Assembly: GCA_963815095.1 (NCBI GenBank)
Contig: CAWFFH010000003.1
Coordinates: forward strand, 512,001 to 576,000
DNA from: Candidatus Bathyarchaeota archaeon
GTDB taxonomy: Archaea; Thermoproteota; Bathyarchaeia; Bathyarchaeales; Bathycorpusculaceae
Reading direction: 5' to 3'
Length of the DNA stretch: 64,000 bases
Part shown: positions 1 to 9,220 of the stretch, in pieces
Numbering within the stretch: the stretch's first letter is position 1
Layout: the number at the start of each line of letters is the position of its first letter
The notes under the pieces: generated by a model
What the model saw: the letters and a program-made list of their open reading frames with translations, nothing else
Database searches by the model: none
Told to the model about the DNA's origin: nothing
Position numbers and translations under genes: made by a program

Positions 1-566
1 TGTACCCAACGATAGTCAATTGAGTCACCAAAGAAGGTGCCAGTTGCATCAATGTGGGTTATATTAAGCTCAAGGTTGTCAGATGTGACAGTTGCATTGT
101 TGATTGAATAGACATTTGACAGCATGGAGATCATGTTTTTTGAGTCCATCCCAGAGTAGGCTTGGTATTTCTGTAGAAAACCCTTGGCGGCATCGACTAC
201 ATTATTGTATGATTGGTCGCTAATGGCATTTCCTTTAACAACATATGCGGCCACCATAGATACAGCATTATTTTGTATAGTGCAAATCACATCCACAGCG
301 CTATCTTTTGATTCCAAAGAGTACGTTAGAACTTCTTGTTGGCCATTGATAGGTTGAGTCGAACCAAGGTCAGGTAGTTTTGGCACATCATAATTCCGAA
401 GTGTTATATTATATTGCGTAGTATCAAACGGTAGCACGTTTTTTATGAAGGCTAATGCTTTATCTTGAGCTGTTGAGACTGACGAGTGCACCAAAGAAAC
501 TCCGCCAAGCATTGTTATGATTGATAGTATAAAGATCGCACATATTACTTTGTTTAGTTGTTTCAT
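1..566 (-). CDS. Secreted/surface protein, runs off the window start (not in ORF track)
   Basis: Read by eye: ATG at 566, MKQLNKVICAIFILSIITMLGGVSLVHSSVSTAQDKALAFIKNVLPFD..., signal peptide, GGAGTGA RBS just upstream; frame open to position 1; follows 582..1472. Confidence 0.8.
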   Translation of the reverse strand, partial: MKQLNKVICAIFILSIITMLGGVSLVHSSVSTAQDKALAFIKNVLPFDTTQYNITLRNYDVPKLPDLGSTQPINGQQEVLTYSLESKDSAVDVICTIQNNAVSMVAAYVVKGNAISDQSYNNVVDAAKGFLQKYQAYSGMDSKNMISMLSNVYSINNATVTSDNLELNITHIDATGTFFGDSIDYRWV

Positions 567-581
567 TTTTTATTTTCACTC

Positions 582-1472
582 CTAATATGATAGTACCATG
601 TTCATGTTGCCCCATACAACCAACTGGTTGTTAAGCGGGCAGCTTTGGAAGTTGGCGGATCCATAGATAGTAGTTGCCAAATAGTTTAGAGTAGTTCCAA
701 GACTCCAAGTAGGGTTGTTGTGCATATAGTAGAAGACTGCTGTAGCAAATTGAGCCCATTGCCAATTGGTATTTTGGGGGATACGATTCTCAAATTGAGG
801 TGACGTCCAATCCCAACCTGCATAGACAGCTGGACCGCTAGTGCCGTACTTAGTCATATCAACGCGATGTGTAAAGGCTAAGGGCATTCCGATGTATCCA
901 TAAGCATCTGAATATGGGTATGCAACAGGGTAACTTCTTGATGTGCCGCAGTGCCAAATAAAGTCAAAATGGCATTTTGCCTGATTGGTGGCTAAAAAGA
1001 TACTGTTGTCAGTTGCAACATCAGGATTATCTGTGCATAATAATTCATAGTGAGCGCCATTCCCCCAAGGAACACAGTGGCCTTTTGAAAAAACTGTAAC
1101 TTTGTTATTGCTTTGCTCTAAGGTGGTAAGCGTATTGTAGTAGGTGCTCGGATAAACTCTAGGGTTGGAAGGGGGATTAGGAGGAGTAGTGTCGCCATAA
1201 TAAAAATAGCAGGTGCCATCGTAATGGGCATCGAGATAGTTGTATATATACTGACAACTTTGTTGTGTTAACGATAGTTCATTGGCTGTGTCGCCAGCGC
1301 CGTTAGGGGGCGGGTCTGGTGACCAATTGTTGGGGCAGAAGACACCAGCGCCATAGTTCGTAGCACTCGCAGTTTGTATTCCCATTGAAAGTACTGGTAT
1401 AGATAGCAAACATAGAATCAAAATTGCTCCGATTGACATAATTTTAGGTTTCATGTTTCTTATCTCCGTCAA
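582..1472 (-). CDS. Secreted protein, possible clan CD (caspase/gingipain-like) His-Cys peptidase fold
   Basis: Signal peptide; VFSKGHC and FIWHCGT motifs, each after a hydrophobic strand. Confidence 0.6.
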   Translation of the reverse strand: MTEIRNMKPKIMSIGAILILCLLSIPVLSMGIQTASATNYGAGVFCPNNWSPDPPPNGAGDTANELSLTQQSCQYIYNYLDAHYDGTCYFYYGDTTPPNPPSNPRVYPSTYYNTLTTLEQSNNKVTVFSKGHCVPWGNGAHYELLCTDNPDVATDNSIFLATNQAKCHFDFIWHCGTSRSYPVAYPYSDAYGYIGMPLAFTHRVDMTKYGTSGPAVYAGWDWTSPQFENRIPQNTNWQWAQFATAVFYYMHNNPTWSLGTTLNYLATTIYGSANFQSCPLNNQLVVWGNMNMVLSY

Positions 1473-1516
1473 GACTATTTATCTTGCGTTTCTATGTTAA
1501 TGGGCATGGAGATTTA

Positions 1517-1555
1517 GCGCTATGCTTTAGGACAAAGCGTACACAAAGTAGGACA
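1517..1555 (-). promoter_or_regulatory. Operator box A array upstream of 582..1472
   Basis: Minus strand TGTCCTA-cttt-GTGTACG-ctt-TGTCCTA-aagc-ATAG; same pattern at 3771-3810 and 4901-4936. Confidence 0.6.
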
Positions 1556-1830
1556 GGTCATTAACTCATATCAAGCTAAAGCAAAATCATATCTTAAAAA
1601 TCATCGATGAAGAATAAAAAAGGTTTAATGACCTAATTTGTTACGCTATTTTTGTACCCATGTTTCCCAATCATAGCTTACCGGACCAATTCAGCTTGTG
1701 ATCCAATTGTCTTTGAACCCGTAGTGCCATGAATATCGTGATGGTGCATCAAAAGAAGATTAGAGAACTTAAACCAGAAATGACTGACTTTTACGAAGTT
1801 GGAGTCACAAAAAAATGAAAGTGAGGGTTT

Positions 1831-2460
1831 TTATGGTTGGATATCGCGGTTGAGCGTCATATCCATTTAATTTGTCATTGTATAGTTCATGGTTGTTGAT
1901 TGGAAAGTTGCTGTTTCTTGCATCGTAGAATGGATTTGGTGCATGGTGTTATATTCAAAGTAAATCTGGTAACTCAGGTTCGTGTTCATGGTTGTGTTTG
2001 AGGCCTCAACTGGCGCTGTAACGTTTAAATTTTTTAACGAGGGCGATGGTGTGTTAATGGTCATGGCGAGGTTGTTGCTGGTCAAATCTACCTCAAACAT
2101 TTTATAGGTGCCTGCAGGTACAGTGAGTTCTTTATAGCCTTTGAATGTCAACGTTAAATCGCCGGTTGTTTGGACCGATGATGATAGATTTCCAGGTAGG
2201 GCTGGTTACGGGATTGTTACTGAGTCGCAGACTTTTGCTTCTGGTTTGCTTAGCAGTTGAGCAAGATACTGATCGTTCGCTGGGCTACCGCCCGATACTT
2301 CCTGTGAGGTGTTTCCCAAGTTAACAATCGTTGTGGTGTAGTCAGGTTGAGAGGAGAGAATTTGGTTAGAAACGTCATGGCGTTTTGGCGCTATACGCTG
2401 CTTTGAAGGTTCATGAAGGTGAGGTTTGCTAAGAAGGAGGAGAAGCATCCGCATGTGGAG
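1831..2460 (-). pseudogene. Frameshifted remnant of a membrane-anchored protein paralogous to 8043..8924
   Basis: Fragments share F.GY.ELTVPAGTYK.F..D....NL.M with 8043..8924; homology is spread over several frames. Confidence 0.7.
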
Positions 2461-2509
2461 TTTTTTTGGTTTTCTATAGGACGTCTACGATAGGGGTCAA
2501 AACAAGGAT

Positions 2510-2817
2510 TTGCATATTATTATGGATAATTTTAGTGCTCACAGGACTGCGGAAATTAGGCAGTGGGTTGATAAACATAAGTCTGTTCATTTCCATTTTA
2601 CTCCTACTCAAGCGTCTTGGCTTAATCAGTTGAGTTGTGGTTTTGTATTTTGTCGAGGCAGTTGTTGTCTAAGCAGGATTTTGAGTCTGTGCCTGATTTG
2701 ACTAGTCAGCTTTTAGCTTCCATCGAGCAGTTTGATAGAACTGCTAAGCCGTTTGCATGGGCGTACAAGGGAGAACCGTTAAAAACTAATCAAGGATTTA
2801 AAAGGACTGAGCACTAA
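2510..2817 (+). pseudogene. IS630-family transposase C-terminal remnant (frameshifted)
   Basis: IIMDNFSAH...FHFTPTQASWLNQ, then a 1-nt shift into ELWF..LSRQ...PFAW, typical of IS630/DDE_3. Confidence 0.85.
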
Positions 2818-2871
2818 TCAGGGTCTGTTTTCGATTGGTAATAAAAACTTATTCGAAAACTTTCTATCTTT

Positions 2872-3156
2872 TCAGTCGCCATCTAATTCCTCAAAATGGT
2901 CTTTCCTGTGAATAACTCGGTTTACAAGGACTCCACTAGCCACTATTGTAAATGCAATTAGAGCGGCTAAGCCTATCCAGAGGAGCGCCATAATAAGTTC
3001 TTTTATGAATGATGACTCAGGCGTTGGAAGAGGCATCCCATTGTTTGAATTAGCGGGCGCGAGAAGATAGCCTACTTCAACTACTAAAAGACCTAACAGT
3101 ATAGCCGCTATAGCTGCCAGCGCCATTTGTGTCTTTAATCCTAACACATTTTTCAA
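2872..3156 (-). CDS. Small two-TM membrane protein, divergent from the wHTH-TM regulator
   Basis: Two hydrophobic helices separated by a Pro-rich linker; same layout as 30762..31013. Confidence 0.7.
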   Translation of the reverse strand: MKNVLGLKTQMALAAIAAILLGLLVVEVGYLLAPANSNNGMPLPTPESSFIKELIMALLWIGLAALIAFTIVASGVLVNRVIHRKDHFEELDGD

Positions 3157-3210
3157 GCTCTAATTATCTTAAAACAAACACGCTATTATTTTAATGCTAT
3201 TTTTTGGAAG

Positions 3211-3232
3211 AGTGTACTAATTGCTGTACACT
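3211..3232. promoter_or_regulatory. Palindromic operator box A (AGTGTAC-N8-GTACACT)
   Basis: Perfect 7-bp inverted repeat in the divergent promoter between 2872..3156 and the regulator. Confidence 0.65.
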
Positions 3233-3305
3233 TATGGCAGTGACCAATAGAAAGAAAGTGCTTAAATGTTATGTCACCACTTTAGATTTCGAGGGGGGGG
3301 GAACT

Positions 3306-3728
3306 TTGAGTGACAAAGAATCCAGCGACGTTCTGAAAGGAACTGCACTTGATATTTACCGCTTTATGTTAAAGGCTAATAAACCCATTGGCGTTAGGGA
3401 ACTTGCACGAGCGCTGAAACTCAGTAGTCCTTCGGTAGCTCAGCACCACCTCATTAGGTTAGAAAGTTTGGGTTTAGTTAAGCGTGAATGCGGCAACTAT
3501 GTAGTTAACAGGATTGCATTGGATAACTGCATAAGAATTAGCCATTTTCTGATTCCCAGATATTTCTTTTATCTGCTATTTGCAGTTGTTATTCTGGCAG
3601 CTGAGCTTACCACTCTTAAACCGCTCGTTATTGACCAATTTTATCTCGTCGCAGTAATTGCAAGCATAATAGTTGTTGCTATTTTTAGCTATGAAGCCAT
3701 CAAAGTGTGGCGTAAGGGTGGACTATAG
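3306..3728 (+). CDS. Membrane-anchored winged-helix transcription regulator (wHTH + 2 TM)
   Basis: LKGT...IYRFMLKANKPIGVRELARALKLSSPSVAQHHL..LE..GLV then 2 TM; likely TTG start at 3306 after a G-rich RBS; paralog of 30225..30665. Confidence 0.85.
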   Translation: MSDKESSDVLKGTALDIYRFMLKANKPIGVRELARALKLSSPSVAQHHLIRLESLGLVKRECGNYVVNRIALDNCIRISHFLIPRYFFYLLFAVVILAAELTTLKPLVIDQFYLVAVIASIIVVAIFSYEAIKVWRKGGL

Positions 3729-3770
3729 AAAAAATTTTGGTTAATTTGCTCTCCTGCTAATGAAACGCTG

Positions 3771-3810
3771 TGTCCTATCAGGTAGTACACCCTGTCCTAG
3801 ACTATAGACG
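3771..3810 (+). promoter_or_regulatory. Operator box A array upstream of 3856
   Basis: TGTCCTA-tcagg-TAGTACA-ccc-TGTCCTA-gact-ATAG followed by TTAATA. Confidence 0.6.
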
Positions 3811-3855
3811 TTAATACTAATTATCAGCATCTAAAGCGCAAAGAGAGGTGATAAT

Positions 3856-4825
3856 ATGATTAAGAAGAAAAGCGCTTATAGTTTAACTGCAATACTTCTT
3901 GCCTTTTCGATGCTCTCTGTGATGACGCTTACAACGGCAGCGCAGACAGATAACCAAACTTCAGGCATCGATTCTTGGCAGCCCCCGCAAAACTTTGTTG
4001 ACCCAGTAACTTTAAAGATACAAGAGTTTAGAACACAAGGATTAAGCAATGACCAAATAACTACTGAGTTAGGAAAGCTAAACATGGGTTGGGATTCAGA
4101 GACAGGTGCAACATGGCTTGGGCATGCGTTGACTTCTGAAGAGCAGGCTAAAATGCCAATCAGTACACCAGCAAGCCTTCGAATGAAAATACAGTTACCA
4201 ACCAACAACCCAATGCAGCAACTTCTTTATTCGAGAAAGATTTCAAACATGAGGACCAGTGGATATTCATGGACAGGAGTTAGTACTGAGATAGTTTGTG
4301 GCTCTATGAATGTAGCTTCAGGTCAAACTCTAAACCACTATCTTGTGTCCAATTAGGAGACTTAAATGGCATTACTAACTGGGCTGAAGTAGTTGTTACC
4401 CATGATCTAGGTGAAGCTTACAAGTGGTATACTTATGATTCCGATGAAGGCGGAGGCAGCATGACATATTACATGGACAAGAACACACCCTCAACTGCAA
4501 CGGATACATTTGTAATGATGTTAGATGGCACCCAGGACAGCAATGTTGGAAATACGATGTCTGGATAAATTACAATTGGGTCAGAAGCGGACACCTATCA
4601 AACCTTTGGGTTCAAGGAGGCTTCCAGAACGAAGTATACAGCAACGGACAATTCACCAACGACGCCTCACATTCGACATTCTACCGGAACTGGCTTCACA
4701 ACGCTGGAGGCTGGTCCTACTGGACAAATTCAGTCAGCACAAGTTGGGGTACCGCATCTCCAGTGCATGAAAGCCACTACATGAGCACCTACAGCTACTA
4801 CTGGGACACATGGGTACAAAATTAG
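3856..4825 (+). pseudogene. Frameshifted secreted protein (beta-rich C-terminal domain)
   Basis: Signal peptide ORF 3856..4356 continues in 4296..4568, then in a third frame WKYDVWINYNWVRSGH...YYWDTWVQN* ending 4825; could be assembly errors. Confidence 0.7.
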
Positions 4826-4900
4826 AAACCCATTACCAACTACTTTTTTCTCTTTTTCCAGCATTTTTATTCTTCTTGATAGGAGGGCAGTCCGGCAATC

Positions 4901-4936
4901 TGTACTGAGTTTAGTACACAGTGTCCTAGAGCGTAG
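4901..4936 (+). promoter_or_regulatory. Operator box A array upstream of 4987
   Basis: TGTACTG-agtt-TAGTACA-cag-TGTCCTA-gagc-GTAG. Confidence 0.6.
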
Positions 4937-4986
4937 AAATAACTAACTCTTGTTTATTAAGACAAGATAGAATAGGGCGTGAAAAA

Positions 4987-6816
4987 ATGAAAAAAAAGAT
5001 TTCTATTATTTGCCTAATTCTTATCGGCCTATTGCTGTCAACTTTTCTTTTTATAAGACCAGCAGCCGCGGAAGAAATAGGCTACCAAAACATTTCGGTG
5101 CATGATGCTAAACAAATGATAAAACATACACCAGACATATTGATTCTGGACGTTAGAAACCAAAGTGAATACAATCTGGGTCACTTATATGACTCAATTC
5201 TGATACCGCTATTTATCCTAGAGAGCAATGCTACTAGTAAAAATCAGCTTGCAAACGATACGATAAATATAAATGGAGTTACTTTGCCTGTTATTAATCA
5301 GCAAAATGAAATTCTTGACCTCCAAAAACACATCAATGATCCAATTATAGTCTATTGTGCAGCTGGAGCAAGAAGTGCGCCCGCATGTCAAATTCTGGTA
5401 AACCTTGGTTTTACCCACGTTTACAACATGGAAGGCGGCATAATCAGTTGGATACAAGCGGGGTATGTTATCTACACTAGTCAGCACACAGTTACAGTTA
5501 GTGCCAAAAATGACCACAAACTCTCGGTAAATATCGAGCCATCTCTTCTGTATCAGGACAGTTGTAGTATTTGTCAAAGCATCGCAGCAGCAGGAGACAA
5601 CTCCGTAAACTTAGCCCCAAACGGCACAACTATAAATGAACAAAATAATGGCAATCAGACTATTTATACGGTAACAAATGATGTTAACGATACACAACAA
5701 ATATACACAGTTGATGAAACCACTTTATGGAGCCAAAATCAATCTACTAGCGAGTACAATAAGACAATGAGCCTAATATCTTTGAACATTACCGGAGATG
5801 GTCAATCCATTCAAATAATGCATCTTTACGACAGTATCAAATCCCAAAACTATAACCTTTCAATACTGACAATTCTGATACCATTGGATTCACAAACATA
5901 CAACGTTTCTTCAACTGTCATTGATTTTGCACCGAGCGACCAGACTGGAATTTCATCTCTTGAGCAAGTTGCTTTCAACACATCAGTTACGTTATCACAA
6001 CTGTATACGGGTTTAAGTAAAGTCACCGATGACTTAGGAAAAATTTATCAGAAAAGCGCAGATGCTAATTTAACGAAATTTGCAGATCGATATTATACAA
6101 TTGTCGATGCATTGAATTCGTTATCGAAAACAGTAGAAAAACAACTGCCCACTTATAATTTAAGGATTTTAAACAGTACCGCTATGATACGAGATGATAG
6201 CTGGCAATGTCTAGTATGCCAAATCGCTTTTAACGCCGCTATTGGGATTGGATGCGCTATAATATGCGCTTGCAGTGCAGGAGAAGGATGTGTCCTCTGC
6301 TGGCAAATTTGGAATCAGCGTGCACTTTGGAGTCTCGGAGTATACTACGTTTGCCATAATGTTATCAATTGCGATGGAACTACTGCAACCTATTATTATG
6401 TATCAAGCATCAACTCATATAGCACATATAGCACACACGATCCATATTCGGCATCAGTAAACAATCCTGGCAATCTAGTGGGATCATCACCCAATGGTCA
6501 GTACGCAACTCTCTATGCGGGAAATTATGGAGATCAAGCAATGATTATTGGGAACATGAATGTTGGCGGCGAGCATGGTGACATATCGGTTTACTGCTAT
6601 AGCGGATCAGGCTATTACAGCAACCTATATGTCTACGTATCTTACGACGGCAATACTTGGTATGAAATCAATTCGCCTATAACGGTTTCTTCAACATCGC
6701 CAAGTTGGATTGATTTCGGCTATACTAATACGTGTTTCAATTACATTGCAGTCGTTGGTTATGATACCGGAAACAGCGTATTATTGAACATAGATGCAAT
6801 ACGTTTGACACCCTAA
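4987..6816 (+). CDS. Secreted rhodanese-domain protein with a Cys-rich halocin C8-like segment and a C-terminal beta-sandwich
   Basis: Signal peptide; ILDVR..EY..GHL, VYCAAGARS, YNMEGGI..W rhodanese motifs; CLVC...C..IC.C....CVLC...VC....C cluster. Confidence 0.75.
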   Translation: MKKKISIICLILIGLLLSTFLFIRPAAAEEIGYQNISVHDAKQMIKHTPDILILDVRNQSEYNLGHLYDSILIPLFILESNATSKNQLANDTININGVTLPVINQQNEILDLQKHINDPIIVYCAAGARSAPACQILVNLGFTHVYNMEGGIISWIQAGYVIYTSQHTVTVSAKNDHKLSVNIEPSLLYQDSCSICQSIAAAGDNSVNLAPNGTTINEQNNGNQTIYTVTNDVNDTQQIYTVDETTLWSQNQSTSEYNKTMSLISLNITGDGQSIQIMHLYDSIKSQNYNLSILTILIPLDSQTYNVSSTVIDFAPSDQTGISSLEQVAFNTSVTLSQLYTGLSKVTDDLGKIYQKSADANLTKFADRYYTIVDALNSLSKTVEKQLPTYNLRILNSTAMIRDDSWQCLVCQIAFNAAIGIGCAIICACSAGEGCVLCWQIWNQRALWSLGVYYVCHNVINCDGTTATYYYVSSINSYSTYSTHDPYSASVNNPGNLVGSSPNGQYATLYAGNYGDQAMIIGNMNVGGEHGDISVYCYSGSGYYSNLYVYVSYDGNTWYEINSPITVSSTSPSWIDFGYTNTCFNYIAVVGYDTGNSVLLNIDAIRLTP

Positions 6817-6849
6817 GCCATTCTCATCTTTTCTTTTTTTTAAAAAAAA

Positions 6850-7012
6850 CCATATGTCCATAAGTAACATACAAGGCTTTTCCCTGTTGTGCGAGGTTCT
6901 TTACCCCCCTCAATCGGCAAAGCTTTTTCCATACCGAAAGATAGCTTCCTTACCGTTTTCCCCTCCTAAAAGAAGTTAACCACAAGTTTGTATGCTGGTT
7001 ATGGACATATGG
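6850..7012. mobile_element. MITE (163 bp) with 25-bp terminal inverted repeats
   Basis: CCATATGTCCATAAgtaaCATACAA / TTGTATGctggTTATGGACATATGG (terminal 14 bp perfect), flanked on both sides by AAAAAAAA (candidate 8-bp TSD). Confidence 0.8.
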
Positions 7013-7194
7013 AAAAAAAAGCACAGAAGCCTTTTAGTTAAGAATTTTTGCACTAAATAAAATATATTGTGACTGTTCTAAGAATTGATTTGACTAATCC
7101 AAAGGATTATAAGGTAAAATTAGAAACAATCGATCTGATGTATAGTTACTTTGAAAACCAGCCAAATTTGCAATCGAGAAATTTTCACTTTTAT

Positions 7195-7944
7195 TTACAG
7201 GTCGGGATTATAATTTTGAGTTCTGAAATGTCTTTTTTTACCAAAGTTGTATGATGCAATTGCTCCTACAGTTGGAGCTATTAAAAGTGAGAAGATAAGA
7301 TACCCGTCGCTCCAAAAAAATGCGTAAAGCGGGTCACCTGGTTCAAACTGTTTTCCAAGTAGCCTCGAAATGCCTACAAAAGCAAAGCCTCCTGCGATAA
7401 ATGCGATGGTTATACCTAAGAAGACTCCAATAGCTATGTATACCATTTTAGCTATTACGAGCTGCGCGTTTTTCGAGAGCACATCTCTTAATATGTGCTG
7501 GATCATGTAGCAAAATCCCATGATAAGTATTAGCGAGACTAAATTTTCATACAAATTAGACGAGTTAATGTAACCTGCTGAGTATGCTGCAAAATAAATA
7601 ACAAAAAAAGAGATAAAGGATACCATTGCTCCCAGCCAGAAACGTCGCCACCATTTAGGTTTCAGCCCAAACTGTTGTCTATTAGCTTCGGGGAAATCAG
7701 TTAGCAATCGTGATGCCAACATGCCTTTTTCAGTAAGTGCATAATTTCCGTCTTCTCTTTTCACAACTAACTCGTTAAGTATTTTAAGATGATAGTTCAT
7801 TTTTCCAGTGCTATCTATTGCAAGACCATTCATTAATTCTGTATAGCTTAAGCTTACTTTTTCATGCAGTAAGAGTAACATTTTGCTTCTGGTTTCATCT
7901 TTTAGAATTTTATGTAGCGAAGCAATTCCGGAACTCATGAGCAA
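7195..7944 (-). CDS. ArsR-like wHTH regulator with C-terminal TM helices
   Basis: LHKILKDETRSKMLLLL...LSYTELM...STGKMNYHLKIL..LV.K...Y.LTEKG followed by about 4 TM. Confidence 0.85.
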   Translation of the reverse strand: MLMSSGIASLHKILKDETRSKMLLLLHEKVSLSYTELMNGLAIDSTGKMNYHLKILNELVVKREDGNYALTEKGMLASRLLTDFPEANRQQFGLKPKWWRRFWLGAMVSFISFFVIYFAAYSAGYINSSNLYENLVSLILIMGFCYMIQHILRDVLSKNAQLVIAKMVYIAIGVFLGITIAFIAGGFAFVGISRLLGKQFEPGDPLYAFFWSDGYLIFSLLIAPTVGAIASYNFGKKRHFRTQNYNPDL

Positions 7945-7972
7945 TATATAGTGTGCTAAAGCATTTTAGGCT

Positions 7973-7996
7973 TTTTGACAAAATATTTAGTCAAAA
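7973..7996. promoter_or_regulatory. Operator TTTTGAC-N10-GTCAAAA
   Basis: Perfect 7-bp IR in the divergent promoter 7944/8043; second copy TTGAC-N10-GTCAA at 8972-8991. Confidence 0.65.
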
Positions 7997-8042
7997 CACC
8001 TTAAATCTCTTAGCCCTCAAATAGACAATTGGAGATGTTTAC

Positions 8043-8924
8043 ATGTTTAGACAAGAAAATACGAGTTCATCCCATCCTATTTTTAACCTAAGCCAACCCA
8101 AAGAGAAAACGATTGGCCGGAAGCATCACAAAAAATTGTACACAATAGCCGGAGGATTAGCGGTCTTGGTCATAATTGCAGTCACGGCTCTGTTAATTCC
8201 CCAAGGATCTAGTTCACCAGTACAACTAAGCTTACAGTATACGGTAGGCGACCACATGGTTTATGACATCTCAAGCACTGTTACTGGCCAGCAGACAGGT
8301 ATTCCTCTGTCATCCCCCACGGTTTATAACTCAACAATATCTTTAGACGTCTTAAGCTTCGACGGGGAAAACTATGTCTTAAACGAAACTCTAACAACAA
8401 CGATAATAAATCATCCGTTACCGCCAATAACCCTTAATGTGAGCAAAAACAACTATTATGATAACTTCATGGCGCCCGGCGGACCAGCTATCTTTTACAA
8501 TATCAACAACAATCCAACATTGGTATCCTACTTAGCAAAATCACAGGTTAACATTGGCGATGTCTGGCAGATGCCGGTAAACACAGGCAACGCCAGCTTG
8601 GGATTAACAGGTGAAATAACAATGAAGTTCAGCGGATTCCAAGACCTCACAGTGCCAGCAGGTACATACAAAACATTCAAAATAGACACATCAACGGATA
8701 ACCTGACAATGCACTATGACCCAGCCTACTTGCAAAGCATCCACTTGGCATTCAGCGGCAACTATTCCTTGCGACTAAGCGGCACCACCTATCTAGAACA
8801 AAACACATGCCGATTAATCCAATCCGACCTAACACAATACGGAACTATGACACAACAAAGCGCTGGTAACAACGGCGTCACTACCATAACATCTACAATC
8901 TGTACAGAGAAAACGCTAACATGA
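8043..8924 (+). CDS. Membrane-anchored extracellular beta-rich protein
   Basis: N-terminal TM anchor; Thr/Asn-rich; LTVPAGTYKTFKI motif. Confidence 0.75.
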   Translation: MFRQENTSSSHPIFNLSQPKEKTIGRKHHKKLYTIAGGLAVLVIIAVTALLIPQGSSSPVQLSLQYTVGDHMVYDISSTVTGQQTGIPLSSPTVYNSTISLDVLSFDGENYVLNETLTTTIINHPLPPITLNVSKNNYYDNFMAPGGPAIFYNINNNPTLVSYLAKSQVNIGDVWQMPVNTGNASLGLTGEITMKFSGFQDLTVPAGTYKTFKIDTSTDNLTMHYDPAYLQSIHLAFSGNYSLRLSGTTYLEQNTCRLIQSDLTQYGTMTQQSAGNNGVTTITSTICTEKTLT

Positions 8925-9027
8925 GATACATAACCTATCCTTCCTTTTCAGTAATTCTCGCTAAATTGCTGTTGACGAGATTTTTAGTCAAAAAAAATTA
9001 AATGCATTGAGAGCGTATCTTAGCTTA

Positions 9028-9190
9028 ATGACTTCAACCCGTGAATCACTACATAAAATTCTCAAAGATGAGGCGTGAAGAAAAATCGTTCTTGTACTCA
9101 ACGAGAAAGGTAGCTTTAGGCTACACCGACTTGATGGATAGTTTAGACGTTCGTCACTACTGGCACACTAAATTACCACTTGAAGTTTTC
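9028..9190 (+). pseudogene. Decayed paralog of the ArsR-like wHTH-TM regulator
   Basis: MTSTRESLHKILKDEA*RKIVLVLNEKGS / LGYTDLMDSL / TGTLNYHLK, with a stop and frameshifts; matches the N-terminus of 7195..7944. Confidence 0.75.
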
Positions 9191-9220
9191 GCATGAGTCG
9201 CAAATTATACAAACCTCTTT

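Noticed and set aside
2510-2817. Programmed frameshift in IS630
   Set aside because: The shift lies inside the catalytic WLNQ(V)E motif and the 5' two-thirds of the gene is missing, so simple decay is more likely
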